Source: Tubulanus polymorphus
Taxonomy: Eukaryota; Animalia; Nemertea
NCBI RefSeq assembly: GCF_964204645.1
Contig: NC_134034.1
Span: 7,352,914-7,416,913, forward strand
Length of the DNA: 64,000 nucleotides
Reading direction: 5' to 3'
Shown here: positions 48,611 to 62,307 of the stretch, piece by piece
Layout of the letters: each line of letters begins with the position of its first letter
Numbering within the stretch: the stretch's first letter is position 1
Notes under the pieces: model-generated
The model's database searches: none
What the model was told of the DNA's origin: nothing
Seen by the model: only the letters and a program-made list of their open reading frames with translations
Made by a program: the position numbers and the translations under genes

Positions 48611-49790
48611 CCTGAAAAATAGGGATAGCAAGAATCAGTAACCTCGAAACCACGTACTAGTCGTCTCTTTCTCGACGTCTCTTCTTTATTTTTACGAGTT
48701 TTTCGCTTCACTTTAGCGGTATGGTCATCCCAATAGACTCGAATGATTTCAGGAGGCAGGTTGTCGGCTGGCTCAAACGTGTTCTCATTATCGTCATAGC
48801 CAACCCATTTTATAAGATATTTCAGAATGCCTTTCTCTTTTTTGTGACGAATCACTCGTTCTACGTGATAGATTGGCTAAACCGGCCTTTCTTAGTCATC
48901 TGGTGTAAGGGGGCCGCAATAGTGCTGTAACCTTTACAAAAACGCCGATAATAATTGGTGAACCCCAGAAAACTTCGTAGTTCTTAAAGTTAGTTAAAGT
49001 CGTGGGAACAGGCCATTCCTGTACGGCTGCTACCTTTTCCGGGTCAGTAGCAATGCCATCCCTGGATATACGATGTCCCAAGAAGTCAATGGTTTTGACC
49101 GCGAACCGACATTTCTTGGGGTTTAAGCGAAGGCCTGACTCACGAAACCGATCAAATATTCGGGCCAAATGATTTAAATGGCTATAAAATGAGTCCGAGT
49201 AGCAGATTATATCGTCCAAATATACCAAACAAAATTTTCCAACCAGGTCTCTTAGCAAACCACCGGTCAACCTTTGAAAGGTAGATGGCGCCGATTTTAG
49301 ACCAAATGGGAGTACCTTAAATTCCAAAAGAGACGACTGGGTTATGAAAGCAGTTTTTTCTCTACTGGCCTCATCGACCTCAACTTGCCAGTAGCCACTT
49401 AGAAAATCAAGTGAGCTGAAGAATGTGGGTGCTGCTTGCCCAACTTGAGCCAAGAGATCATCGATTCTAGGCAGGGGGAAGGAGTCCGAACGAGTGACCG
49501 CATTCAATCCCCGATAGTCAACACAGAATCTCCACTTGACTTCACCATCCGGGCTCTTTTTTCGTACGAGAACTACTGGGGCGGCCCATGGGCTAGTACT
49601 ATGCTGTACTACTCCCATGTCCAACATCTGTTTCACATGAGTGTTCGATGACATCTTGCATGGCTGGAGAGGCTCTATAAGGCCTTTTCCGAATCGGAGC
49701 TGCGTCCCCTGTGTCAATGACGTGCTTGACTAAGTCGGTTTTGCCAAGTTCGTCCGGCGATGTCCCTGTATGAGCGGATGAGTTCTAAAA
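48595..49790 (-). mobile_element. Second Gypsy pol relic: RT joined by deletion to an integrase chromodomain
   Basis: SPWAAPVVLV..WRFCVDYR..LPFGLKSAP..YLDD; then [22 protein letters not shown]. Confidence 0.9.
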
Positions 49791-52144
49791 GTTTCACATT
49801 TTGTGATGGTGAAAGGTCCGAGTTTGACACTACTGCTAAAATATATTTTTAGTTTTATCTCAAGGTGCAAGATCTGACCTTCATTAACCATCCGCATGTA
49901 TCAAATGACCGAAGTATACATCCTCTTTCGATAAGAAAATAAAAAGCCTGTCAATATTCATCGATATAACGTACAAATACCGGGTTTTTATTTAACAAAT
50001 TTTTCATATTTTTCAAATAGACAGTTTCTCCATTATAAAATTATCAATATACAAATTCCATATGTCTGACTTTCCAAAAGCTCGGAAATCTGAAAAGACG
50101 TATGCAAATAAAATATATATTTACGGACAAATATTATATATGTTGTGGCTAGAACTATGTATCAATTACAAAATTACTTAATATCTATGAATAACATTAA
50201 ACCTTCGAAACAAGCATACGTTCTTTTAAAAATTAAATTGTTTGGTTGAAGTACACGAATAATCTAAACTATACGATCAACGGTGATTATCACGCAAATA
50301 AAATTAAATATCAATTAAGTGAATTTATTATGCGGATATTACCTATTCGATCTAGGTCATCATCACGTAAATACTGTCGAGCCAAGTGCCTTATTTCGTC
50401 CTTGCATCCCTTCTCAAATGCACCACGTACTCGCAGGCCAACTCCACTCCACCACCGGCAACGTCACGGCCATGCGGAATCCTTCTGAATCGAGCTTGAC
50501 CTGTAAAAACTACATTCTGCGTATAAAAACTGAAAATTTAAATGAAATCAAGCTATTTAAGACACATTCTTTACAGATGAAGTTTTGTGCGGAAGTTAAC
50601 ATTCGAAAGTACTACAACTTATTTCGGTTGTTCAACAATGGAACACGGCAAAAAGTTTTTCAAAGATTCAATGAAAATCCAAGTAACAAAACTTACCAGT
50701 ATATTTTTCCCACGTAACCAGCATCGATGGCTTGCCAAAAAACTTTACATAAATTGGCGGGAACTCTGCCGACTGTTTTCCTTTCGATTGAACGAACGGT
50801 TTGGGATAGTCTTCTACCATTGCCTTCTCGCGTTACTGTCTCGCGTAAAAATGCTGGAATATTGTCTAAGCTTGGCATTTTTACTATCATCGCATACGGG
50901 TCAAACACATTTCCGTGATCCTTCATTACGTCCATAGGAATTTCCGACGACGGGCGAACTTAAAAGAGGTGATACCCTTTCACTGACCATTTTACTCTAA
51001 TTACTGACATCGTGATATCTGGATAAAATCTGCTCCAGCGTTCGCCGCGAGCTCTTCTTTTATACCACACATCACACAATAGTTTACCAGTTTCCACATT
51101 TTCATGAAAACTAAAGTTTGTAGTTTCCTTGCAGTTTTCCATGTAGTTTCAAGTAAACTCTAGCCTGTAGCACGTGTAAGATATCATCGAAGTTTGCAAC
51201 AAACAACAAACATTTTCGAAACAATTTGTGATACATTGTATGTATATATTTATTACATAAAGTACAGGTATACAGAAAGAACATAATTTATACTGTTGCC
51301 ATCAGGAATTCTGTACATTTATATCTAATTCTTTCTTCTGGCCTGGAATGGAACAATGAGATGAATTTTATCGGTGCAGATACACAAATGTATGCCAGCA
51401 GAAGCGATGATGTCATAATAGGGACTCCCATTGAACTATGCACTATAAATAGCACACTGTAAAACTATCTACGCAAAAACGCCGTTTCTAGCGATGTAGT
51501 TTTAAAAATTCTAACAGCCGAAAACGGCGGAAATGGCGTTTTTTTTAAGAACAAGCCAAAAATGGCAGAAAACGCCGATTTCGGCTGAATTGGCAGAAGC
51601 AGTTTAAAACTGAGTAATCCAAAAACGGCTGATTCTGCCGTTATAGAATAAGCCGTTTTTGGAAAGTGTTCCTGACTGTTAATTCGATACTTACAGCAAT
51701 TAATGCCTTTTCTTCGGTCTTTAAATTTCCTTTTGTTTGCTGTTTACATTTATGATTCATAGATAATCAGCTGATTTACTGTAATCAATCATTCCAGTGC
51801 GATTGTGATATTGTTACGCCCCAAGTGAGAATACAACCCAAGTTGAAATATAGTTGCATCTAAAATCCGAACTCCGCTACGACTGAAACGCTGATGTGTT
51901 AGTTAGTTAGTTAGATGGCGCCAGCTACCGGTGCAAAAATAGGCAAGGCTCGGATTTATCCTTTTTCCACCAGGTTTTTGAACTGATCAAAACAGTAAGC
52001 TCATATCGATATGAAATCTTTAATTAACTAAAATTCACACCATTCATTCTATATTTAAACTTGACATGAGTGGACATTATTCAATGATGTGGTTGTAGTA
52101 GCCAATTTGCTCTCTCACTCGTCACACGACGGCTAATGCATTCA

Positions 52145-52709
52145 AAATATCACGGAAATAAAGTTTCGATAAACAATTGGTCGTTAAGAATCATTATCAG
52201 ACGGTCGTCACGCTTTACTTTATAAAATCACAAGGGATGAAACGCCTTCAGAGTTGTGCCAGCCAGAAAGCTGGGACAGTCACGTGACATTCTGATGATG
52301 TCATCACATTTAAAACTTTAACATGAAAAGTTAACATATCCACAGACCGATATCAATTGTCAGATTATGATTCATATGAAATTAATAACTTATAAAGAAT
52401 AAATTATGATCAAATATATAATTCATAGAAAAAAATGCATTTGAATGTAAGTTATTCTCAAATATTTTTCGTATCATAGTTTCCATCTTAGATGCTTCGG
52501 GTTTGCATTCATTCAAATAAGAAGCGCGACTGTCACGTGACTGTCCCAACTTTCTGGCTGGCACGAAATGAACTGCGTTTCATCCCTTGTTATTTTATAT
52601 AGTAAAGCGTGACGACTGTCTGACGATGATCCTTAACGACCAATTGTTTATCGGAACTTTATAGCGGATAAATAAACAATATAAACACAAGGTATTTCCG
52701 TGATATTTG
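52145..52709. mobile_element. MITE/foldback element with inverted repeats of about 130 bp
   Basis: 52160-52289 is the imperfect reverse complement of 52531-52660. Confidence 0.8.
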
Positions 52710-52820
52710 GAATTTATTCGTAGTTCATATTTAGCGCCATTCTCGCGAGATTATCTAAAACCCAGAAATAAAATCCAAGCCCATCGCCAAACCCCTGTGC
52801 CAGAAAGTACTGGCAGTGGA

Positions 52821-53033
52821 GGTAAAAGTGCAGATCCGCACCTCTCATGATTGACGCAATAATCTGCTGAATTACAGAATCCCGGCTAAAATCTTTCTAG
52901 TGAAGATTGTGATATCTTATGATTAGCCAGTGGCAACGTACTGAATTGCTGATGACATTGAATCTGAAACAATGATATTTAATGAAATTGATTGAACCGC
53001 TTACGCGGAGAGGTGCGGATCTGCGCTTTTACT
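52821..53033. mobile_element. MITE with 25-bp TIRs and 8-bp TSD GCAGTGGA, nested in another foldback (52800-53283)
   Basis: GTAAAAGTGCAGATCCGCACCTCTC / GAGAGGTGCGGATCTGCGCTTTTAC; TSD at 52813 and 53034. Confidence 0.75.
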
Positions 53034-53851
53034 GCAGTGGACCTTAAACATTGATTTGTAATCCATTCTTCGCTTTCCAAAAAGTCTTCATGGAAAGGGG
53101 TTCATGAGAGAAAAGAGACTCCATGATTTGAAAGTTTAAAAATGTTTCCATGCCTACCAACTGAAGTTTGGTGTGTAACCCCTTTCAGTGAAGACTTTTT
53201 GGATATCCTTCAATAAAGTGAAGAATGGATTAAAAATCAATGTTTTAGGTCCACTGCCAATGCTTTCTTGTCCTAATAAGACTTGTTTCAGGTATGTACC
53301 ACCAAAACTGACTGAGCTAAGCCACCTGATATGCTCTCAAGTCGAGTTGAAATAGACATTAGTCTGAATACCAGTCGTTACGGTTCCCTACAACGACGGC
53401 TAGGTACTAGACTACACAACAGCGAACTCCAGTCCGTCGTCAGTTTTTTGGTTGGAGCATAGAACTATGGTTGGAGATTGATATTTTGCCAATGCGGCGG
53501 TATTATTTCAGGAATAATAAGATATAGGCCTACTAATAAGATATACGACGTAAAATATAATCTATGTTTAGGGTTAGGGTTTCGATAGGGTCCAGGTTAG
53601 GGTGAGGTTTTTATTAGGGTCTGATTTACCCCTAGGGATAGGGTTAGGGAAAGGTGAGGCTATATGTTGTCAAAACTTACAGCTGGATTGCGAAAACCTC
53701 GGTGGGTCTATTGGGAATACGTTACGCTCGCAATTTGCTGGTCCGGGTTTGAATCCTGCTCATGCTCATATTTTCTCTAGGTAACTCTGTTCTCCGCACC
53801 TTTCTTCAATTTTCTCGGTAAAGGTCTTGGTAAACATTTTGACCTGATAAA

Positions 53852-54178
53852 GGTCTTATTAGAACCAGAAAGGACTGGCAGTTGACCTAAAACATCAAGT
53901 TTAAATCCACCCTTCACTTTACTGAAGGATATCCAAAAATGTGTGCATTGAAATGGGTTAAAAAGAGGAAAGAGACTCCATGATGTGAAAGTTTAACAAT
54001 ATGTTTTTATGCCTACCAACTGAAGTTTGGTATGTAGGCATGGAAACGTTCGAGTCAATTTTCTCTTTTCAAACCCATTCAATGAAGACTATTTTGATAT
54101 CCTTCAATACAGTTCAAAATGGATAAAAAATCATATGTTTTAGGTCAATTGCCAGTCCTTTCTGGTCCTAATAAGACC
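53852..54178. mobile_element. Foldback MITE, same family as 52800-53283
   Basis: GGTCTTATTAG..ACTGGCA..GACCTAAAACAT inverted at both ends; shared core AGAGACTCCATGAT..CCTACCAACTGAAGTTTGG. Confidence 0.8.
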
Positions 54179-54245
54179 GGTTCAAGTCCAGGTTAGCGTG
54201 GACTAGTTCACACAAAGAAATATTTAAAAAAAGGAGTAATTCAGC

Positions 54246-56628
54246 CGGTTCCTGAACTTCGCTGAAAAAGCTGAAACACTGAAAAGCTGAAACGCTGAAA
54301 TAAAAACGCTGAAATTTCAGGGAATTTCCGAAAAACGCCGAAATTTCAGGGAATTCCCGAAAAACGCTGAAATCGTGCTAGGTACCAACAATACACGTTT
54401 TGAAATATTTTCCGGGCCGGTGTCCGCTGCCGAGTCCTGAACCGTGTTTTAGTCTCTACCTTCGGTTACAGAGACACGCATGGACAGTATGTGTGGAGTA
54501 TACTTTTAGAGGGCCACTTGTTGGACAAATTAATTCGCTTGAAATCCGGATTTTTAATGCATACAGGCAGCATAATGAGGAAAACCCATTCACAAACCGT
54601 GCAAGCCAACTTAAACACTATGCTCAATATTCCCTGCAAGACGCAAAATATCTTATTTGAACGTTCATGTATAAAACATGGAGCAACTTTTCTTTTGTCA
54701 ACACGTTGATGGGCGACGGACTATGTCACTATGGTATTCTCTGAAGGAGGTAAATTAAATTTGACAGCTAGTTATATAAATGATGCAGCTTTTGGACAAA
54801 AGGGATCTAACTAAATTTCTTTTTAATTCACTGTGGAATGGAATGGAATGGATTGACGCCAATGGCATGCAGTAGGCCCCTACGTATGGGTCATACTGAT
54901 TAGCGTCAACCAATTAATCTAAATCGGGCTAACCATTCAACAACTGTGAATAATTTATTTGCTGTGGCGTGATAATAATTAGTTTTTTTGAAGAAATGAC
55001 ATACCAACTGTTAGAAAAATGTACCGATTCTTATTTTTAGACTACTACTGAATCTATAAAAGGAGGAGTCATAGACAAAGTTGATTTGCTTAGCTGGTGA
55101 CACTTCTTGTCAAGTACATCATCTCAAGTACTGGGTGTTTTGTAAGTTTAATTTCAGTATTTATTTACTAAGTGCTGTTCTCTCGGACCTCAGTGCTTTC
55201 AAACTAGGCCCACCCCATAGGCTATATAGTCCAGGGTGTATTAGCCACTATTCTTTTATATCCGACTAAAATGCACCTTTTTCTATTTTTAGATTCAGGC
55301 TTAGAATGTGCAAATTTTTTGAGATACTGAGAAATCAGATGGCACCAGTAAACTTCAACTGCGAAATTTGCAGCAGGATAGCTGAACGACACAATTTTTA
55401 AAAATAAAATGGCTATTCGAATGCTATTTCAATTATAACTTGATTCAACCAGAGAGAAATAAGTCAATTGCGGATGTACAGTACACCCACTTTTCTTCCC
55501 TGTTTCCTGGTACCAAATTTTTAGTCTTAAGCTAAGCGATATTCTAAGGTATACTAGTGGATTTCATTAGAATATGAAGCAATGGAACCAGAATTCTAGT
55601 TAAGCGAACTATTGATTCTGATATAATGTAAGAACTGATTTCCTTTGTATACTCTTGCAGAATGTGTTATGTATTATTTCAAGCTGTTAAATAATATAGT
55701 TAGACAAATGTCCAATTATTGGATCTTTCTTGTTGACTTGTTTAATTTTGTGAGTTAAGAGTTCCAGTCAATCCACAATGTGCAGTGCCTAGCCTTCATC
55801 TACACTAAAGCCATGCCTGTGTATGGGAAAAAAATATCGTTCGACTCCTATAGGCCAGACACATCAAAGCATGCAATACATTGCAGATAGTAGTCTCCGG
55901 CAAGTCGAAAGAGAAAGTAAACCAGGTTTTACCCCGTACCCTACCCGGGAACAAAGACACTTAAAGATTCCTTCCTCCTTGTAGAAATTGTAGAAATATG
56001 GCACCCAATTGTAGCAATGCTAAGTACAGTATACTATGACGGTTGAACCTTTCTTAACGAATTTCAATGACACCGAAAATAGAATCAAAATAATCATTAG
56101 TTCCATGCTAGCACTTAATTTGGGTTATCAGGTTCAGCCTGATAACCCAACTGTACTTTCAACTGTACTTTCAATCAGCTACTACTTGTATGAGACTTGG
56201 CAATGATAAGTTGCAAGAAATCACCAAACATAAGAAAAAATATTGTGAATTAATATTACTGTGATTAAGAATTTATTCAAATGAAGTGATAACTTCATTG
56301 TTAGATCGTACCGGTATATGCACATAAAACTATGGCAAAAAACACATCTAACAATCCACGCAATCCGCAATCGATCAAGTCGATCATGACGACGACCTTC
56401 GGGCATGTCTCTGTAACCGAAGGTAGAGACTAAAACACGGTTCAGGACTCGGCAGCGGACACCGGCCCGGAAAATATTTCAAAACGTGTATTGTTGGTAC
56501 CTAGCACGATTTCAGCGTTTTTCGGGAATTCCCTGAAATTTCGGCGTTTTTCGGAAATTCCCTGAAATTTCAGCGTTTTTATTTCAGCGTTTCAGTGATT
56601 CAGCTTTTTCAGCGAAGTTCAGGAACCG
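54246..56628. mobile_element. Non-autonomous Mutator-like DNA transposon
   Basis: Near-perfect TIRs of about 230 bp (54246-54479 and 56403-56628) and a 9-bp TSD TAATTCAGC (54237 and 56629). Confidence 0.88.
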
Positions 56629-56813
56629 TAATTCAGCTGTTGTGCACTCAGCTTTCTACCCACATACAGACAAACTGGCATATGACAAAAAATCTTTCAA
56701 AGAGTTATTTGGCTACAAACTTTGCGTTTTTTACTGACATACTAACAAACCGACATACTCATAGCCTCTCGATCCAGCCACGGGTAATTCAGGGACAAAC
56801 CCTGTCCCTCGAC

Positions 56814-57478
56814 ACACAGCACCTCGATCCCAGCCACTTTATATAGGCCTAAGGGTAATCTACGCGACACAGCACCTCGATCCCAGCCACTTTGTATAAG
56901 GGTAATCCACGCGTCACACAGCACCCCGATCCCAGCCACTTTATATAGGCCTAAGGGTAATCTACGCGACACAGCACCTCGATCCCAGCCACTTTGTATA
57001 AGGGTAATCCACGCGCCACACAGCACCTTGATCCCAGCCACTTTATATAAACCTAAGGGTAATCCACGCGTCACACAGCACGTCGATCCAAGCCACTTTG
57101 TATAAGGGTAATCCACGCGTCACACAGCAGCTCGATCCAAGCCACTTTGTATAAGGGTAATCCACGCGTCACACAGCACCTCGATCCCAGCCACTTTATA
57201 TAAGGGTAATCCACGCACCACACAGCCCCTCAATCCTTGCCACTTTGTATTAGGGTAATCCACGCGTCACACAGCACCTCGATCCAAGCCACTATGTATG
57301 AGGGTAATCCACGCGTCACACAGCACCCCGATCCCAGCCACTTTATATAAGGGTAATCCACGCACCACACAGCCCCTCGAAATCCTAGCCACTTTATATA
57401 AGGGTAATCCACGCATCACACAGCACCTCGATCCTAGCCAGTTTGTATAAGGGTAATCCAAGCGTCACACAGCACCTC
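56814..57478. repeat. 49/54-bp minisatellite, about 13 copies
   Basis: Unit CACAGCACCTCGATCCCAGCCACTTTGTATAAGGGTAATCCACGCGTCA. Confidence 0.95.
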
Positions 57479-58214
57479 TGTCTTCCGAGTCAGAGAACTC
57501 CTGTCCCAGGGATGTTACCCACGCAGATCCTGACCGCAAGGATTTTGACGAATTTTCTTGGAGGCAGGTCCCATCCCGCATCCGGGTTCCAGGAAGTCGT
57601 CGCCTTGGTTTCCACCATCCGAATTGACCACTTCCTGTTCACCATTAACGTTTGACCGACCGCCTTTGGGCTCGTTCGCTACCAGTTTCAGCACCGGTGG
57701 ATAGTCCGTTTTACACGCTCATTCAAAAGGTTTTATGCAAACATGGCGCCACCATGCCTAAACCTCGTAAGTCCGCGGAACAGATACCGCCTCCAAGGAG
57801 GATGCTCACGCTCTTGACGAGTCATCTGTGGTGGCAGCCGAGTTGATGTGTATTGATAAATACGGGTCCAGGACCGGCCGACTGTGCTTACCTATCCCCC
57901 GCTGGAGTCGGGCCCCCAAGCCGGGAAAGTTTCTCTCTCTGGCTGAGCCACCTATCGACGGTTTAAGAACATCCTATGGACCCTGCATGAATAGAATTAT
58001 CTAGTTCCTAGGTCAGTGACTCGTGTGATTTTACTGGCTGTCAATGCTCAAATCAACATGATTCTGGCAGCAAGATCCTCGCTGATTAGGGAAATCCAGC
58101 CGATGGGAAGAGATCGTCCAGAACCTCAAAATTACACAGCCAAATTGGAGAAATGTGCTCCCTTCACCAGTAAATGAATTGAGATTAAATGATTGTTAAC
58201 AAATTGAACATGTA

Positions 58215-58420
58215 CACTATCACTACAACATGTTTACAGTGCTTAAGGCCTCGGGAGGCTTACGCACTGTGACAGACATGTCCTTTCTCAGCGAGCATCT
58301 AGTTTCGCATGACCTCACCAAAACAGGTTTCAGACGCTTCTTCCTGGCAATGGGTGGATCCAGACTTGTTCAGGTGCCAAATCCACCCCAAGTCGCGTCG
58401 CTACCTCCGGGTCATCTAGC
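58215..58420 (+). pseudogene. DIRS-like reverse transcriptase relic
   Basis: MFTVLKASGGLRTVTDMSFL and, in another frame, IHPKSRRYLR. Confidence 0.5.
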
Positions 58421-60206
58421 ACTTGTTTAAAATCACAAAATGGCAAGCCCATACTTAGTACATCTTCCTAGTCAAAAGATATATTTGATTTTCTTCTGTA
58501 TTCTTACAGAGATGTTTCGCAGTTGAAGGATGGTGATTTGGTTAATTTGCTAAATAAAAATCGTGAATATCTAGGCAGCATTTTCCAAAGCTAAGCATTA
58601 TTTTTTTCTCAACCTTTTTCGTACTGCTCTTCTGTTCTCCATATTTTGACAGGTTTGGACCTTTTGAATAAAGACTGGTGATTGATTTATTTGATCTCAA
58701 AAATTTGTGATCTCAAAAATTTAAAAAAATTGTTGATTACTTCGAATAATACATCACATTAGTAGAGATCACCTTCGCATGTTATAAGTATACATTGCCC
58801 ATAGCAATTATATTAAACTTGATATGAACTATGATTTCAGATTTTATGTGGACATCCTAATGATCATAAAGCAGGAGGAAAGAAAAGGTGTAAGTATAAA
58901 TAATGGGCCATATTTGCTGAATGTATCACAAGACCAAACTACAGTGCCAGTCAGTAGTTGAGGTTTTATTGATGTTGGTATCTCCGTGCGCTGATAATTT
59001 TCTGTTTGAATGGTCTAAAGGTTATCTTGGTAAATGAAACAATAACGTTGCTCACGCATGATAAACCCCGAAAGTATAGCACTTCTGCTGCACTTACAGC
59101 ATAAGTTACAGTAGTTTAGGGATATCTATTTTAATTGACCTTCCAAATAAAACATGTTGTATCTACCAATCGAATGAATAAAAGGGGCCCATTTTAAGAT
59201 GAAAAAATACCCACAAGAAGCAAAATTTTCAATTCAATCATGATAAAGCCCATTTTTGGAAGGATCATTTGCTAGTTCTTTATATGTGATGAATTGTTTT
59301 GTCTAAGTTTGTTATAGCCAGGTTCCACTGTAACTACATGTAGATTTTGATCTAATATGTTCATGTTTAAATGGATCTCTTACAGTGAACTTGACGTACC
59401 AGGTACCATATCAACTGTACAGCAACAATTAGTGTGACCTAATTGTGAAACTTTTAACTGATATATATTGTCAGATGCACATGAAGGTACGTATGACTAA
59501 TCATAGGAAAATACATGTACATGAGTATCATCTTTAAAATTTTGAAATATTTTTGTGTCTTCCAGTAGGCCAATATGGATTATGTTTTTCGTGTGCTTCT
59601 TCCTGAGACACTCATTATAATATATATGGAGGTTCATGGAATCACTCATGATAAAGCCGAGGAGCAAATGGTTGAACTTCATAGCAATGAAGATGATTGT
59701 TTAAGGTGGCTGCAAGTGGAAATCATTATGTGATGTTTATTGTTTTCTGTAGAGTGTATTCAAAATCAGTCATTTACTTCAATCATGGGAATATTTTGAG
59801 GTATTGAAAGGGCGCTTACTAAAATTGAAATTAGATTGTTTTTACAAAATAGAATTAGATTTTATGCGGTTTCGGATATTTAGATAAGACCTGTTAATAA
59901 ACCCTTTGTTTTACGGTAACTGTTAATTGGTACCGTAATTATTATGTTGAAAAATGATAAATGGTAAGTGTTAAAAGGTTTTCTCATTTTTAGCTAAACT
60001 GGGACTTAAGTCCCCGTGGGCTATTGCATTCACTTATCATCCGCTTGACTGTCCTAAAACTGAGCCTGTTGGAATCAAGATGACAGTCGCCGCAATCAAC
60101 GCTTTTTACACATTTTATCAATGAAAATTTTGAAGCAAATCGATCAATTATCTTGAACTATATGAGTCCCCCTGTACCCATCAGCATTAGAAGAATTGGG
60201 TCAATT

Positions 60207-60766
60207 CAGGGGCGTAGCCACCTAAAATGCAATGGTGCGACAATTCAGAGCGCACATCCAAACGAGTGCCGAAGGCGCGATGTCTAGAAGGGGGGTTTCG
60301 GGAATTTTGAACATTAAAACGTCTGAAATGCGTTCTGATGGCTATGAGAGCTCATATTTGAATAATTTTTTTCTAGGTAGTATAATGCCTCTAAGGTTAT
60401 CTTTGGCCTAGGGACGGATCCAGATGTTTCACCATTTCAGAGTGGTTTCTGAGTTCTGCTGAACTGGAAGGGCAACTATATCATAGCACAAAACGGGGGA
60501 CCTGGGGCACTCCCCCAGAAAATTTAGATTTTTCAAGTTTCTGAGATGCAATCTTTAAGCATATTTGGGGCATAAAGTCTATCCCCCTTGAAGTTAATTA
60601 TTTTCGTTTAGATTCATTTAGACAATTTTCTATACTACTTCCAGAATACTTGCCCGGAATAAAACATTCATCTTAGAACAAGAGCCTGTCAAAATCACGA
60701 ACTAGAAAAATAGAAGGGCAAACCTGAGTACCCCTCGATATAAGTGGTAGGCTGGATCTGCCCTTG
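60207..60766. mobile_element. Degenerate hAT-like MITE fragments
   Basis: CAGGGGCGTAGCC start; AGGGACGGATCCAG / CTGGATCTGCCCTT inverted pair. Confidence 0.45.
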
Positions 60767-62307
60767 ACCATTGATGAATAGTAAACTAATGTTAGCTTAT
60801 TGTACATCAATACCGGTACTCTCAGAATTTTTTTGGTCGAATCCCTTATTATGGTCCATTTTTCATGAACAACAAACACCTACAGAATCAGGTTTCTTTT
60901 TAACGTTTTCATTACACTTTGATGTGTTGTCTTGATGCCTTTCCTAGGGGCATCGTATAATTTTTATGGACTTTTGCTTTACCGAAGTCCAGTTTTGCTC
61001 ATGTATGACACGTGCCTCCATTGGTACAAAATTACTTGCGAAAGAAGCTTAGTTTCTCATCTGAACTTTCAAAATGTTCAATGTTGTAATAATCTCTAAC
61101 CCTCCTGCACAACCCTCCTGTAAGGTTTGTTAGCACTCTACAGCCGGTAAGTCTTAATAAATCTTCTTGAAAGTTTGTGTATGAGTTGGAACAGGTAAGA
61201 GGTGATATTGAAAATGGTGATCTATCAGCTAGATGATATGTCCAACATGACAGCCATGTCTGCCATATTGAATTTTTCATGGGCACCATACAGCCTGCCA
61301 ACCTATATTGATTTCCTTGACCCTGGTGTATTAGCAGGTAAGAGGTCTACCCCTATTAAAATTGGTGACCACCAATTGTCTAATATTGCTGCTATATTAT
61401 CCAATGTATGATTTTCTTCATATTCAATAATCATTAGCACTGTCACATGTTATATATACCTGTGGAAATCTGTGACTACTGAGTATACTCTACACCAGGA
61501 GAGTTGAAAATTTGAATACATTATTACGTATTAGTCAATTTTTATGAAAATCATGTTATGTATTGATAATGATGTTAAACGGCCATTTGTCTACATGGTA
61601 TATATTGATTCCCCTATGTAGATTCAGTTATTTTCGATTTGAGGAATTTCTATCGACCTAAGGTACATGTATATCGTACATAGTTTAAAATGACCCTTGT
61701 GTGAAAGATTAATTTTGTGCTGTAATTATCGACAGTGTCGGAATATTCATTATTGCCATACCGCGTAACAACCATTGTGAGTATAGATTATTTCTGTTGC
61801 ATGGCATTAATCATATGTCTACAGATTTTGTGCATATTTACATGTCAATAAAGATATTTTCAATTAAGACCATAGCGTTGTGTTTCCATTGCTGAAAAGG
61901 AATAGGATCGATTCGATGCAGCATACTTGATTACTTATATGACTAGGGCCAACATATGTAAAATTCCCCGACATAAATTTCCGAAGTTCACGTTATCGTA
62001 TTGGGTTTTAGTTCAACATTTTAGTTGAGTAGTTTATGCATGTATAGTTTTGACTGGAAGACAACACCGTTGGGCGAATATCTCAAATATATAGAAGGAA
62101 AAATATCGAATTGTGTTCGGCCCAGACTGCAGATCGATTCCTATGTACTGTCAAGGCTTCTAATGCAATATCTCGAGGCCCCCACATCGCTGCTGCAGAC
62201 CAGATCTTTGATGCAGAGCCCAACATACGAATGACCTTTTCAGCCCTACACATACATATATCTGGCATTCTATCATATCATTTAATGATAATTACTGAAG
62301 TACTCGA

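Noticed and set aside
50246-51142. Cluster of short ORFs as a host gene
   Set aside because: No recognisable motif or consistent exon chain found.
53566-53650. Telomere (TTAGGG-like repeats)
   Set aside because: Only a few degenerate units inside a dispersed repeat.
56742-57461. ORFs in the 49-bp minisatellite
   Set aside because: Repeat translations.
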